DNA from: Heptranchias perlo
Lineage: Eukaryota
Assembly: GCF_035084215.1 (NCBI RefSeq)
Contig: NC_090335.1
Location: forward strand, 32,178,001 to 32,242,000
Length of the DNA stretch: 64,000 nt
Direction of reading: 5' to 3'
The position numbers and the translations under genes were made by a program. The notes beneath the pieces were generated by a model. The model did no database searches. It saw only the letters and a program-made list of their open reading frames with translations, and had not been told where the DNA came from. Below are positions 1 to 12,046 of this stretch, in pieces; the stretch's first letter is position 1, and the number at the start of each line of letters is the position of its first letter.

Positions 1-46
1 CGAGGAGGATTTGGGTCATCTTTCAGGTGAATGGGATTTAGTGTGA
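1..46 (+). CDS. Possible last codons of an unidentified plus-strand gene (RGGFGSSFR* or EEDLGHLSGEWDLV*)
   Basis: Followed by about 1.5 kb of repeat-poor, UTR-like sequence and clustered AATAAA near 1534-1547. Gene not recognised. Confidence 0.2.
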   Translation, partial: EEDLGHLSGEWDLV

Positions 47-1654
47 CACAAACACATGAGCACCAATGGGAGAATCAATTAAATTAAATATTCTTAATCA
101 AGCTCCTCCTGCAAAGCAGCATCATTGGGAAAATTAATCTCCAATTTTTACTGAAGAAGCGGTGAGGCTAAAGGTGAATTCTTAAATGTACTTACTTTGC
201 ATTCTCCCAAGATCCAACCATCCTAGCAAACAGTCTTATGTGAATCTGAAGCGATGCCAGGGTTCTAGTATGAGGTGCAGGTGGAACAGTGTTTCCGAGC
301 TGCGATGGACTCTTGATACTAAACTTGTTGGGCTGTTACTGACCACCCACTAGAATTTGTGGCTTTTTTGAAAAATAGGCAATACTGAAAAAAATATGTA
401 TTCTAATCTTTTGTGATAGATTTTCAACTGTATTATGGAACATTGCGAAGGTGGAAGAATATGTGGAGTTGCCATTATGACAGCTGTTAAAATAGGGAAA
501 TAATATTACACAGGATTTTGTTTATTATATCTACACACCTTTATAGGTAGCACATGCACTTTGCTTTATAATTGCGAGAAATACAGGAACTATTTTTAGG
601 TTTATACACTGTTTCAAAGTTGTGGTAACTCAGATCCAAGATGGATTCAATCTTTCTTAAATCTAAAATGGCCATTCAGAGACCGTGTCGGCCTATTAGC
701 CACTCAATCTTTCAATCTAGACACGATTTTGGTAGTGCAGTTGATAGCCAAGGTGGAGGTTTTCAGCAGTGTTTTTAGCTATATATACTAAAGTATGAAA
801 CCAGCTAAATGTTCCAGATAATGTTTACTTACCTTTTCATTAGCATTTCATGGGATCTTAATGATACTGTACTCTAATCTCATAAATATTAAGAGAATCT
901 GTGCTTTCATCACATATCAAATTATTATTGTTGCTTCTGCCATGATTGATCAATAGTCTTATAATTCAAAAGGAATTAAAGGTACACAAGAGAAATAGAA
1001 TTTTCTGTGTTCTTGAGGTCTTTGTTGGATTTCTGAATGGCTGTTCAGACAAAAGAACTCTAATTAGCTGGCATTATATACCAAAAAGACGACCTGGAAG
1101 AATTGTTTGTTGGATTGTTTTTAACTGCAAGGAGACTGAAGATTGAAAAGGGTAATTAACTCCTTGCAAGCAGTTTCAAGAGCTTGTGCGTACATATTTT
1201 TGCTTCTACATTTTATTTAAGTGTAAATTAAATTGGATGAATTGTTTTAGCCTATATGAATGCGGTTTAGTATCGTATATTTTCCACCAACTGAGAGTGA
1301 AAACATAGTGGGAATCCTATAAAAATTCCAGTATGCAATTTACTGCAATCAGGGTCATTAGACCCGGGCTATGTTTTCCCTGCAAGGTAAAAGGTGAAAG
1401 GTGTAGATTTCAGGTCATAAGGTTTGCTGACAAAAAAACGGTTGTAAGGCCATTTGAACAAGAGCACTGTAGTTTTAAAACCCTGAATTGCAACAATGAT
1501 ACAGCTCTTGGTTTTAATGCACAGCACAATTGAATAAATAAATAAAAATTAAGTTGTACGAAATAATCGTAACATGGAAATTACTGTTGGCAATAACAGT
1601 AGGTGAAGGCTCAACAGGTTCTTCGAATTCTGCTATCCACTATTTTAACAGAAG

Positions 1655-1775
1655 CAACAGGGCTATGGGGAAAGAACAGGGGAATGGGACTGACTGGATT
1701 GCTCTTACAAAGAGCCGGCATGGGCTCGATGGGCCGAATGGCATCCTTCTGAGCCATAGCCATTCCGTGATTCTA
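1655..1775 (+). mobile_element. CR1 LINE extreme 3' end fragment
   Basis: gggctatggggaaag...gggccgaatggcatccttct matches the 3' tail of the CR1 copy ending near 20140. Confidence 0.75.
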
Positions 1776-1824
1776 AGATTAACTAGTTTACTTTAAATAG
1801 ATTAATGCCGCCACTAAAATCATA

Positions 1825-2006
1825 ATGTGGAGATGCCGGTGATGGACTGGGGTGGACAAATGTAAGGAGTCGCACAACACCAGGTTATAGTCCAACAGCT
1901 TTATTTGAAATCACAAGGTGAGTCCTGATGAAGGAGCAAAGCTCCGAAAGCTTGTGATTTCAAATAAAGCTGTTGGACTATAACCTGGTGTTGTGCGACT
2001 CCTTAC
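1825..2006. mobile_element. Non-coding Penelope pLTR-derived fold-back insertion with hammerhead core
   Basis: Homologous to 61100-61224. Perfect 56-bp inverted repeat 1862-1917/1951-2006; 12-bp TSD actaaaatcata at 1813-1824 and 2005-2016. Confidence 0.9.
1921..1958 (+). ncRNA. Minimal hammerhead ribozyme core, second copy (stem I 5' strand altered)
   Basis: CTGATGA (1925-1931)-a-ggagc/aaa/gctcc-GAAA-gctt-gtga. Confidence 0.65.
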
Positions 2007-2760
2007 TAAAATCATAGACAAAGGAATATTATATGAGTATGTTAAGTGTTTGTCTGCTAATATTGTTAGCAGTAATTTTTGCACGCAGACGATTTCAAGA
2101 GGAAGGTTCATGGTCAAACCTATGATGGAAACAAAACTAATGTTATCAAAATTAGAGCACGTGATCTACTGTGATCATGAACCATACCCAGTTTACCCAG
2201 TGAATTGGAGATACATTCTAATTGCAGGCAGAGGTGCTATTTAACTTGCATGCAACAATCTCCACTTTAAGATTTATGTTAAACTTCCAAACATAGTCAT
2301 CTAAAAATGCTTATTACATTGGTCAGAAGTGAGAAACAAATTCCTGTTTAATTTATGCTGCAGAATCTACAGTGTTTGAATTATTTAGCCCTGCACTACA
2401 TTTGAGAACTTAATTTATAGCAGGGACACTCTTTTGCTTTCTCCACTCTACTGGTAAAACCACCCCAGTGTGAGGGTTATTCCCCAACTCGAAGATTAGA
2501 CAATTGCCAGAACCCACCCCCCTCTACATCCTGTGATGAGTGGCTTTACCAGTACTCACCAGTACAGGGTCTTGTCCATAACCGTCCTAAACGTGGGAGA
2601 TTTAAAAACATAAATGCACAGTGTTTGTGCAAATTGAAATTAACCATTCAAAGTTGTGGGACAGAGGAGGCACTTATCAAGTAAGCGCTAATAAAATTAA
2701 TGCACTACAAACATGACATGAATAGGGCTGTTGCCAGCTTTGTTTTCCACTGCAGCTGTT

Positions 2761-2790
2761 CGGGGCGGGGCGGGGCGGGGCGGGGGGGGG
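2761..2790 (+). repeat. (GGGGC)n / G-run tract
   Basis: cggggcggggcggggcgggcggggggggg in an AT-rich context. Confidence 0.7.
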
Positions 2791-3267
2791 ATGAATGCTG
2801 AAGCCAAGTCTGCAACTTCCTAAAATCCACCAGGATGGTAGTTTCCCTTTCATTTTATTTGTCATTCAATTGAAAAATTAGAGTGTTTATCGAGCTCTCA
2901 TTTGTTAGGCTCATTGGCTCAACTCTGGTAAAAAAAAGTGAATTCTTAGTCTGTATTGGGCTGTGGAAATTTCATATGAACCAAGTAACAAGTGCTTGTA
3001 TCTACATTTCTATGCTTGGAATCTGTTCAGGGGTCAAAGTCAGTTTTGTTTATTAATCTCAGAACTAACTGTAATCCCATGTTCCTACAGTCAAAATTAA
3101 TGCTGTAGATAATTTGAAGATGCACACTAATTTTGTAGTGGCCATTTGTACCACTGATTCTTCCTTTCTCTTTTGGTTTTCACTTTTCTAATATTCTTAA
3201 TTCCAACTACCCTTTTTTGTGTTTATTTAGCAGTCAGTCATTTACTCCCCTCCCCATCACTTAACTT

Positions 3268-3366
3268 ATGTAAGGAATCTTACAACACCAGGTTATAGTC
3301 CAACCTGGTGCTGTAAGATTCCTTACATTTGTACACCCCAGTCCATCACCGGCATCTCCACATCAT
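3268..3366 (+). mobile_element. Short Penelope pLTR-derived fold-back insertion
   Basis: Ends in cccagtccatcaccggcatctccacatca, like the Penelope at 61224. About 27-bp inverted repeat; flanked by direct repeat catcacttaacttat at 3255-3269 and 3364-3378. Confidence 0.88.
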
Positions 3367-4368
3367 CACTTAACTTATTCAGGGGTGATATTGTTAAAAA
3401 GGGCACTTCAGCAGTGATCTACTGTTGCAATTCAACCCTACCACAATCACCTTCTGGCAGGGATCAGGTACTAAAGCAACAGTGAAGAACAGTCACAGTT
3501 TCAGAGAGTGCAAAATAGCACGTCCTGGAAGTTTAATATTCGACAGTACATTTAGTAACTCCACCATGGTTTCTTTTAACCTGCTTCACTTCATCTGATT
3601 TTGCACTGCAATTCTTATTCATAGATTTTTTCTTCTATATTATGATCTGAGATTTAAGTACTTGCATTTATATTTTTGTATTTTGATAATACCTAAAAGG
3701 CACTTTCAATTAATGCTTTACATATGATTTGCTGCATGTCCAAAACATCAGAAGACATACAATTGATACGGAAAATGGTACAGTGGAAGCTCTTAAAAAT
3801 TGTAGGATTTCCAGGCATTTCTAGCCAATCTGGAGGCAAAAGATCACAAAGCACCAAATGGTATCTTTCTATCCTGTTATATTACTTCCATCAGCTTTTT
3901 ATTGTGCCTAGAAAGAAAAAAATATATAGTGAAATTACATCATCAATTTTTTTGGTCTGCCAGGTGTCTGACACATGTGGAAATCCATCACTGTGCTCAT
4001 GAGTCTCCATAACAAGCCACCAAGTAATCTATACCAGAGTATGTGTTATCACAATATGAAGTATGCACAGTTTCCCCACAGGGCCACATCCCTCATATCC
4101 AAATCCAGAATATTCTGGTGCAGGTTGGCAAGAGCCAAGGTTTAAGGACTCGTAAATGCACACAGTTATGGCTAGAGTTCAACCAGCTAAAACCATGCCA
4201 ACTTACCAGCAGCACACTGGTAAGGTAAGACCTCACCCTACCTGTTGAGACAATAGCTTGCAGCGTTATCTGAAGCCAAGTGGAAAGAATTATTGGCCCG
4301 ACTGACAGGTTTACCTCTCCAATTCCCTTTAATGAGCCAGGCTGGCTGGTTAATTAACACTGCTTGGG

Positions 4369-5030
4369 AACATAGGAACAGGAGTAAACCATTCAGCCCC
4401 TCGAACCTGTTCCATCATTCAATGAGATCATGGCTGATCTGTATCCTAACTCCATCCACCCGCCTCGGCTCCATATCCCTTAATACCCTTGGTAGCAAAA
4501 ATCTATCGATCTCAGATTTAAAACTATTAATTGAGCTAGCATCTATTGCTTTTTGTGGGAGAGAGTTCCACACTTCTATTATCCTTTGTGTGAAGATGTT
4601 TCCTAACTTCTCTCCTGAATGGCCTGGCTCTGATTTTAAGGTTATGTCCCCTTGTCCTAAACTCCCCCACCAGCAGAAAAAGTTTCTCTCTATCTACCCT
4701 ATCAATTCCTTTCAAAATCCTAAAATCCTCAATCAAATCACTCCTTAACCTTCTATAATCCAGGGAATACAAGCCTAGTTTATGTAACCTCTCCTCATAA
4801 TCTAACCCTTGGAGCCCTGGTAACATTCTGGTGAATCTGGGCTGCACTCCTTCCTAGGCCAATATATCCTTTCTAAGGTGCAGTGTCCAGGACTGTACAC
4901 AGTACTCCAGATGTGATCTAACCAGGGCTTTGTACAGCTGAAGCAAAACTTCCTCGCCTTTATATTCTAGCTCTCTAGTTATAAAGGCTAACATTCCATT
5001 TGCCCTTTTGATTATTTTTTGTGCCTGAAC
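4369..5030 (-). mobile_element. CR1 LINE 3' fragment (ORF2 C-terminus and 3' UTR)
   Basis: LYKALVRSHLEYCVQSW and YEERLHKLGLYSL peptides; frameshifted. Confidence 0.9.
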
Positions 5031-5274
5031 ATTACAGAACACCCTAGCTCAGCTATTGATTAATCTAGTTTGTCTGAGGTTTTACTCCATTCCAAGTAAC
5101 ATCTTCCAGCAGCTGTCATCCCAAACCTTTTTAGCAGTATATAGTCTTTCCTCCTTCTGGGACCCAAGCATTTTATGTTACAATAAAGTGTGCACTATAG
5201 GTTGTTGGGAAATTACCACAGTCTATAATTAAGGATCGAGCGACTGAACACCTTGAAAATTTTCAGCCGATCAG

Positions 5275-6665
5275 AGAGACCAACCTGATGAATTTTTTTA
5301 AGAGGTGACTAAGTAGTGGACAGGGGAATGTCTATGGATGTTGCTTGTTTGGAATCATAGAAAATTTACAGCACAGGAGGAGGTCATTCGGGCCATCGTG
5401 TCCAGGCCAGCCAAAAATGAGCCACTCAGCCTGATCCCCTTTCCAGCTCTTGGTCCGTAGCCTTGTAGGTCACGGCACTTCAGGTACTTTTTAAATGAGT
5501 TGAGGGTTTCTGCCCCTACCGCCCTTTCAGGCAGTGAGCTCCAGACCCCTACAGCCCTTCCAGAAGGCATTCGATAAAGTCCCTCATAAGATACTGTTAG
5601 CTAAAGTTGAAGCTCATGGAATTGAGGGCAAATTATTGACCTGGTTAGGAAATTGGCTGTGCAGTAGGAGAGAAAGGATATTGGGCAGGTACTCAAATTG
5701 GCGGGATGTGACTAGTGGTGTCCCACAGGGATCAGTGTTGAGGCCTCAACTATTCACTGTGTTTATTAATGACTTAGATGACAGGATGGAGGGCCACATA
5801 TCCAAGTTTACCGATGACAAAGATAGGCAGCATTGTAAGCAGTGTAGATGGAAGCACAAAATTAGAGAGAGAGATTAATAGATTAAGTGAATGGGCAAAA
5901 CTGTGGCAAATGGATTTCAATGTAGGGAAGTGTGAAGTCATCCACTTTGGACCTAAAAAGGATAGATCAGAGTACTTTCTAAATGGTGAAAAGCTTGAAA
6001 CAGTGGAGGTTCAAAGAGACTTAGGGGTCTATGTACATCGATCAGTAAAATGTCATGGACAAGTACAGAAAATAATCAAAAAGGCTAATACAAGGGGGTA
6101 GAAGTTATACTACAGCTATACAAAGCCCTGGTTAGACCACATCTGTGTTCAGTTCTGGGCACCGCACCTTAAGGACATATTGGCTTCGAGGGAGTGCAGC
6201 GTAGATTTACTAGAATGATACCTGGACTCCAAGGATTAAATTATGAGGAAAGATTACACAAACTAGGGTTGAATTCCCTGGAATTTAAAAGATCAAGGCG
6301 TGATTTGATCAAAGTTTTCAAGATATTAAGGGGAACTGATAGGGTGGGTGGAGAGAAACTAATTCCGCTGGTTGGGGAGCCAAGGACTAGGGGACATCAC
6401 CTAAAAATTAGAGCCAGGACTTTCAGTAGTGAAGTTAGGAAACACTTCTACACGCAAAGGGTGGTAGAAGTTTGGAACTCTCTTCTGCAAACGGCAGCTG
6501 ATGCTAGTTCAATCGTTAATTTTAAATCTGAGATGGATATATTTTTGTTAACCAAAGTATTAAGGGATATGGGGCTAAGGCAGATATAGGGAGTTAGGTC
6601 ACAGATCAGCCATGATCTCACTGAACGACGGAACAGGCTCAAGGTGCTAAATGGCCTACTCCGCT
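5275..6665 (+). mobile_element. 5'-truncated CR1 LINE (RT to 3' end), interrupted by an antisense CR1 tail at about 5352-5558
   Basis: [18 protein letters not shown], degenerate FTDD; reading is continuous across the insert. Confidence 0.9.
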
Positions 6666-8097
6666 ATTCAAGAAAGAAGGGAGAGCGAAAACAGGGAATT
6701 ACAGGCTAGTTAGCCTGACATCAGTCATCGGGAAAATGCTGGAATCCATTATTAAGGAAGTGGTAACAGCACTTAGAACATCATAATATGATTAAGCAGA
6801 GTCAATATGGTTTTATGAAAGGGAAATCATGTTTGACAAATTTATTAGCATTTTTTGAGGATGTAACTAGCAGGGTAGATAAAGGGGAACCATTGGATGT
6901 AGTATATTTGGATTTTCAAAAGGCATTCGATAAGGTGCCACATAAAAGGTTGTTACACAAGATAAGGGCTCATGGGGTTAGGGGTAACATATTATCATGG
7001 ATAGAGGATTGGTTAAACGGACAGAAAAGAGAGTAGGGATAAACGGGTCATTTTCAGGTTGGCAGGCTGTAACTTGTGGGGTACCGCAAGGATCGGTGCT
7101 TGGGCCTCAGCTATTTACAAGCTATATTAATGACGAACGAAGGGACCAATTGTAATATATCCAAGTTTGCTAACGATACAAAGCTAGGTGGGAAAGTAAG
7201 CTGTGAGGAGGTCACACAAAGTCTGCAAAGGGATATAGACAGGTTAAGTGAGTGGGCAAGAAGGTGGCAGATGGAGTATAATGTGGGGAAATGTGAGGTT
7301 ATTCACTTTGGAAGGAAGAAAAGAAAAACAGAATATTTTTTAAATGGTGCGAAACTATTAAATGTTGGTGTCCAGAGAGACTTGGGTGTTCTGGTACAAG
7401 AAACACAAAAAGTTAGCATACAAGTACAGAAGGCAATTAGGAAAGCAAATGGCATGTTGGCCTTTATTACAAGGGGGTTGGAGTACAAGAGTAAGGGAGT
7501 CTTACTACAATTGTACAGGGCTTCGGTGAGACCTCACCTGGAGTAAAGCGTACAGTTTTGGTCTCCTTATCTAAGGAAGGATATACTTGCCTTAGAGGCG
7601 GTGCAACAAAGGTTCATTAGATTAATTTCTGGGATGAGACGGTTGTCCTATGAGGAGAGGTTGAGTAGAATGGCCTATACTGTCTGGAGTTCAGAAGAAT
7701 GAAAGGTGAACTCATTGAAACATAAAAGATTCTGAGGGGGCTTGATAGGGTAGATGCTGAGAGGTTGTTTCCCTTGGCTGAAGAGTCTAGAACTAGAGGC
7801 ATAGTTGCAGGATAAGGGGTTGACCATTTAAGACTGAGATGAGGAGGAATTTCTTCACTCAGAGGATTGTGAATCTTTGGAATTCTCTACCCCTGAGGGC
7901 TGTGGATGCTGAGTCGTTGAGTGTATTCAAGGCTGAGATAGATAGATTTTTGGACTCTAGGGGAATCAAGGGATATGGGGATCGGGCAGGAAAGGAGTTC
8001 AGGTTGAAGATCAGCCATGATCTTATTGAATGGCGGAGCAGGTTCAAGGGGCCGTATGGCCTACTCCTGCTCCTATTTCTTATGTTCTTATGTTCCT
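6666..8097 (+). mobile_element. 5'-truncated CR1 LINE, second subfamily
   Basis: [35 protein letters not shown]; tail ending ttcttatgttc repeats. Confidence 0.92.
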
Positions 8098-8859
8098 GTC
8101 TTTCTAAAGCAGATGTACCCACTTAACAAACAACATAAAATGAAACATGGAAATAAAATTTAAAAGTCAGGAATCAAGATACAAAAATATAAAAAGGACC
8201 CCTATGTGGGCATCATTACAAACTTGAGCAGAAGTTAAAAATGTTACCATCCACCTTACTGAATGCAAGATGTAGTTCACTTTGTAAATAGTGAATGCCA
8301 GCATTAACGTAATGAAAGATTCTAAGCGAGATAACTATTCCATCACTCTCCTCCAATCTACAGTTGATTGCTGCTAAAGGTATGTCACATGGCCAATTTT
8401 GTCCACTGTGGCTTGAATCTGGCTCTTCACTGATAACAATTTGCACCATTACCAATCTATTGGTAGTCATCCTGAACAGGCGATTGATTCAGTAAGTTTT
8501 TAAGATGCCATTCATGTGGATTGTGCCTTACATGTACAACTTCTTGTCCCAATCATGTCAATTTTGACTCCATCTTGGGAATTTTGGGACCTTCCCAGAA
8601 GAGGAAACTTGCATACTTTGCCTGTATCTAAGAGACCCTCTGGTATTTTGCTGGTGGGAGGTTAAGCACAGCCCTGTCCAAAAATCTGTGGAACCTGGTC
8701 AGCCTATCCGATCCAGGAGAGATTGTTCATAGGTTTTCTCATACAGTTTTTGCTGATCACATGGGGGCAGTAGAACAAAAGTTCTGCATGAAATGTGAAC
8801 TGGAACCCAGGATTATTTGACCCTCTATTAAATGTTTGTCCATTAACATCAGCAGCAGT

Positions 8860-10207
8860 AATTTCTGGGCTTTAGTCTCGCTCTCTGGTGCGGTATTCTT
8901 GCCTCCCGCCCTGGCTCCTGCGCACTTGTGCCGGCGTCTCATCACTTGCAGATCCCTCCTCAATCCTAGCCTCTAAAATACGCGTGGTGTCAGTCTCTGA
9001 ACTGGTGGCTGCGAGTGTAAGATCGAGTGACAGTGTTTCTTCGCCATCACTGTCTTCTTCCTCTACCCCCTCTGACTGGGAAAGTTCCAGTTCTTGGGTA
9101 TGTGAAATGACAAAGGGACAAGGGTTGAGTTGTGGTGAAGGGAGAGGCGAAAGTAAGAAGTGCGTGCTTACACCATCCGCAGCACCTGAGTCGGAAAAGA
9201 TTGTGGGATGAGGGAGAAGTGGGAAGTGAGAAGGAGGATTAGGTACACAGAGACCCTCATCGTCGATGCCTCCAGTGCTGCCAGTGGCCACGGCCTCATC
9301 GATAGCCCTGCCCATGATGGCCAGCACTGTCTCCTTCATGGGAGTTAAAATGTGTTAGCGCGCTTGTCCTCCTCCAGTTGTTTATTGCTGCCTCCTGTTA
9401 TGCACCACCATCCCAGAGGGAAGTGTGTCAGTGAGTGTCCTTCAAGATGTTTGTAGGCTGTTATGGTTGAATAGCTACTAGTGCGAGTGAGCTGTGAGTT
9501 GTGGATGTGAGGCTTCCAACAGTGCGAAGTGTATGAGGGTGAGATAAAGCTTATGATTTGAATGGTTGAGTACTGATTAAAAGCGATTGTTGGTAGGTGA
9601 GCGATGGGGGTGTAGTGAATTGAGCAGTGGGTGAGGCTAGTGGTGCAGCTGGTAGGATATGCCATTTGAAGATTGAACTCTCTCACCTTGATAACTTGTG
9701 CTAAATCATTGAACGTCGTCCTGCACTGCATCCATATTCTTGGAGCTATGCTCCTAGCATTTACCTCCTCCGCTACTTCCTCCCACTGCCTCTTGAGCAT
9801 ATGTCTGGAGGGCCTCCTGCCCCCTGCACAAATGGGATGCCCCTCCTTTGTTCCACCTCTTGCACCATCAGAGAACTTTGGTGCACACTCTCTCCCAGGC
9901 ATAGCCATTCTTCAAAGTATCACAGCCATTCTCCAGTTCACAAATGACTCTCACCACTTCTTGCAGCCACAATGCACTTCCCCTTTTAGATATGCAGGCT
10001 GCCTTTAAGAAGCTCGAGCTACTCGCTGTACTGGGGCCCCCTGCTGATGTGAGCAGCAAATCATCAGCGCTGGCTGCACGCAGCAATCATTTAGAACAGC
10101 AGGCAGCACGAATGTAACGTGCTGCCTGCATTGCAACGTCTGGGCACAGGTTAATCGCGAACCGCGACCCCCGTGCCTCTTTTCAGGGGTTATCCAATTT
10201 AACCCCC
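8860..10207 (-). mobile_element. PIF/Harbinger fragment: one TIR plus a spliced Myb/SANT-like gene remnant
   Basis: Ends in ccaatttaaccccc, the same TIR as at 28673-28686; QWEEVAEEVNARSIAPRIWMQCRTTFNDL trihelix motif. Confidence 0.85.
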
Positions 10208-10619
10208 GGTATATCCTTCACTTCGTTCTGCTTCACACACACGTGCAGTTTTACAAATCTGTGAGTTTTAGTTTAGTTTTCTATGTCTGGTACATACTTT
10301 AAGCAAAGAGTGTTCTTCGAGTGTATTCAAGTCTAAATGTCCCAAATTTTATTTTCATTTACCATTATAAATGCCTCTTTGCTATTGCAGAGCACTAGAA
10401 CTCACCACTGACTGGTCTAAAAAGAAAATCACTGATTCTGATTGGTATACATGAACAAGATTGCTAAAATACTCAATGAAATGTAGAAGAAATGTTCAGT
10501 ATGGATTTTCACCAACTCTATTGGAGCATATCCAGATTGCGTATAGTTATTTAAAACATCTGAAATCTGCTGTGTTGAAAGGGAAATTGTCAAAAAGTAA
10601 AGCTCATTATCTTAACATA

Positions 10620-10769
10620 GGGATAAAAATTCCAGAGGTTCTCCTGATCTCCAACTGTAATTCTGGCAGCAAATGAGTGGAAACACTGGAGAAATGGTGA
10701 AAACAGCAGTTACAGTGGGAGATCGGGAAAACCCCAGTGGACATTCTACCCCAGTGGACATTTTACCCC
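10620..10769. mobile_element. Short MITE-like element with about 40-bp imperfect TIRs
   Basis: ggttctcctgatctccaactgtaa pairs with ttacagtgggagatcgggaaaacc; 17-bp tandem duplication at the right end; related end fragment near 23900-23937. Confidence 0.55.
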
Positions 10770-11037
10770 AAAGATTGAAGTAAGCAACCTAAAAATCTCA
10801 TAATATTCATTTTAATAATTGTTCCCATGTTTAATTCATTAAATTTACTTATATAACCTGTACTCTGCAACTAAATACAAGATAACTGGGTATGGGGGGA
10901 ACTTAGATGATTGTTAATCCAACAGAAGCATGTTGATAGCTTTATAGGCTACAAGAGTGAAGCTTGAGCAATTTAAAACAACAACAACTAGTCTGGACCA
11001 TTCTCTGATATTTGAGAGGAATTTATTCAACTTTCAT

Positions 11038-11142
11038 TCAGATTTTTTTGTCCGAACAGCGGCTATCTGCGTGGATGCTCACTAAGTGTGCTCCATGTTC
11101 TTGAGAAGTGATCACAGGGAAATAAAAGTCAGCAACGTTAGA
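11038..11142 (-). CDS. Candidate GK terminal exon: V* if spliced directly, SNVADFYF...SDKKI* if preceded by the 35-nt exon
   Basis: Acceptor tttctttttatcctgcag with a branch-like taattaac upstream; minus-strand AATAAA at 11022-11027. Confidence 0.35.
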   Translation of the reverse strand, partial: SNVADFYFPVITSQEHGAHLVSIHADSRCSDKKI

Positions 11143-11524
11143 CTGCAGGATAAAAAGAAATCTGCAGTTAATTACTAGCAAATTCTGTCTCTTTGCATAT
11201 AACCTGGTAAGCACATTTTAAAGGCGACCTTAGACTTTAAATGCGTGAGTTTAAAATTTTGTTTAAACATTGCCCCTCCACCCCCTCTTTAGGCCTTTCT
11301 ATGTTACCCCACATAATTCACGGCTGGGCAGGTAATATCAGGCCTCTGCCAATTCACTCTGTAATCAGCTACTTGGTAGTGCAAGAGCATAGCCCAAAGG
11401 ATCTCACACTTCCAATTTTGCTTCCATTTGATGAAATGCTTGACCTCCACGTGACGCTTCTCCATACTGCATGCTTGGGTTTGCAAAAATCGCTTTGTAA
11501 AAAATTGTAGCTACCACCTCTTAC

Positions 11525-11559
11525 CATTCTAAAAGCTTCAGCACAGTTTGTGCACTTTA
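11525..11559 (-). CDS. Candidate 35-nt GK cassette exon: (V)KCTNCAEAFRM
   Basis: Strong acceptor ttcatgttttttttag and donor ATG|gtaaga; open in the phase left by the 12707 exon. No homology support. Confidence 0.3.
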
Positions 11560-12046
11560 CTAAAAAAAACATGAACAGGAACGATAGAGGTGTCGCTTGG
11601 CCATCAAGCTGGTTCCAATTAAACTTTATTTTCAAGAGTCATGTGCAAAAAGTAGACAATGTCCATCCTGATCTATAGCAACCACATAATTCCTACTTTA
11701 AAAACTTCTCCACCCTCATTCTGTTATGTTGCCAAATAGCTATTCTTTGTATGCCAACAGAATTTGGAGATACAAACAGATCTGATGTTTGAGGATTAAA
11801 ATTTGTGTATTGCTGGGGTGGAAGTGGGGAAAAGTGCAGAAAAAAACCCCACCCAAACACACACAAATGCATGATTGGAAGGGAATTCAACAACATGGTT
11901 TATCAATTCAGTGCATGTAAAACCAAAAAAACAAACAGGACACAAGATTTCTCATATTTTTGGAGATAATTTTATCATTAGATTCAAAACTATATCAGTA
12001 GTCCCAAATCCAAACTGAAATTATCTACAATTCATTAATAATAATT

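Noticed and set aside
1862-2006. Possible microRNA precursor or CRISPR-like repeat
   Set aside because: Fully explained by Penelope pLTR sequence with a TSD; no spacer array, and the DNA is eukaryotic.
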